From: Chloroflexota bacterium
Lineage (GTDB): Bacteria > Chloroflexota > Dehalococcoidia > DSTF01 > JACRBR01
Length of the DNA stretch: 26,721 bases
Assembly: GCA_037440665.1 (NCBI GenBank)
Contig: JBBITS010000003.1
Location: 1-26,721 of the forward strand
Reading direction: 5' to 3'
How positions within the stretch are numbered: position 1 is the stretch's first letter; each line of letters begins with the position of its first letter. Position numbers and translations under genes: made by a program. The notes beneath the pieces were generated by a model. The model did no database searches, was not told where the DNA came from, and saw only the letters and a list, made by a program, of their open reading frames with translations. This document shows, piece after piece, positions 26,710 through 26,721 of this stretch.

Positions 26710-26721
26710 TCTCCGCGGTGA
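26670..26721. repeat. Right copy of the perfect 52-bp terminal inverted repeat
   Basis: Exact reverse complement of bases 1..52. Confidence 0.97.

Noticed and set aside
1-26721. tRNA, rRNA, integrase, transposase or phage genes
   Set aside because: None recognised by eye on either strand; a covariance-model and HMM scan would be needed to exclude divergent ones.

Overview
High-GC (about 70% in hand-counted coding lines) bacterial segment. Chloroflexota/Dehalococcoidia-like origin is a tentative inference, not shown by the sequence. The first 52 and last 52 bases are a perfect inverted repeat, and I found no recombinase or transposase gene between them. Contents in order: ccr plus a MaoC hydratase and a 67-aa orphan ORF (+); a translationally coupled eight-gene redox operon on the minus strand (four-subunit 2-oxoacid:ferredoxin oxidoreductase, an 1128-aa double-HdrA/MvhD fusion, an HdrD-like CCG protein, EtfA, EtfB) with no hydrogenase or HdrB partner; a lower-GC ArsR/small membrane protein/MMPL islet; an SDR flanked by heptamer repeats; trehalose synthase TreT; a 1569-aa membrane PAS/GAF/GGDEF/EAL protein; rpe; a CoxMSL-like molybdoenzyme that lacks the CO dehydrogenase motif; and a lower-GC tail with a small ORF that ends inside the right repeat. 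The best candidate for an undescribed system is the OFOR-HdrA2/MvhD-HdrD-Etf module. In it, the ETF appears to have lost its bifurcation arginine and only one of the two HdrA flavin domains keeps the canonical Glu/Lys pair. All alignments and GC values were done by eye; no database searches were run.
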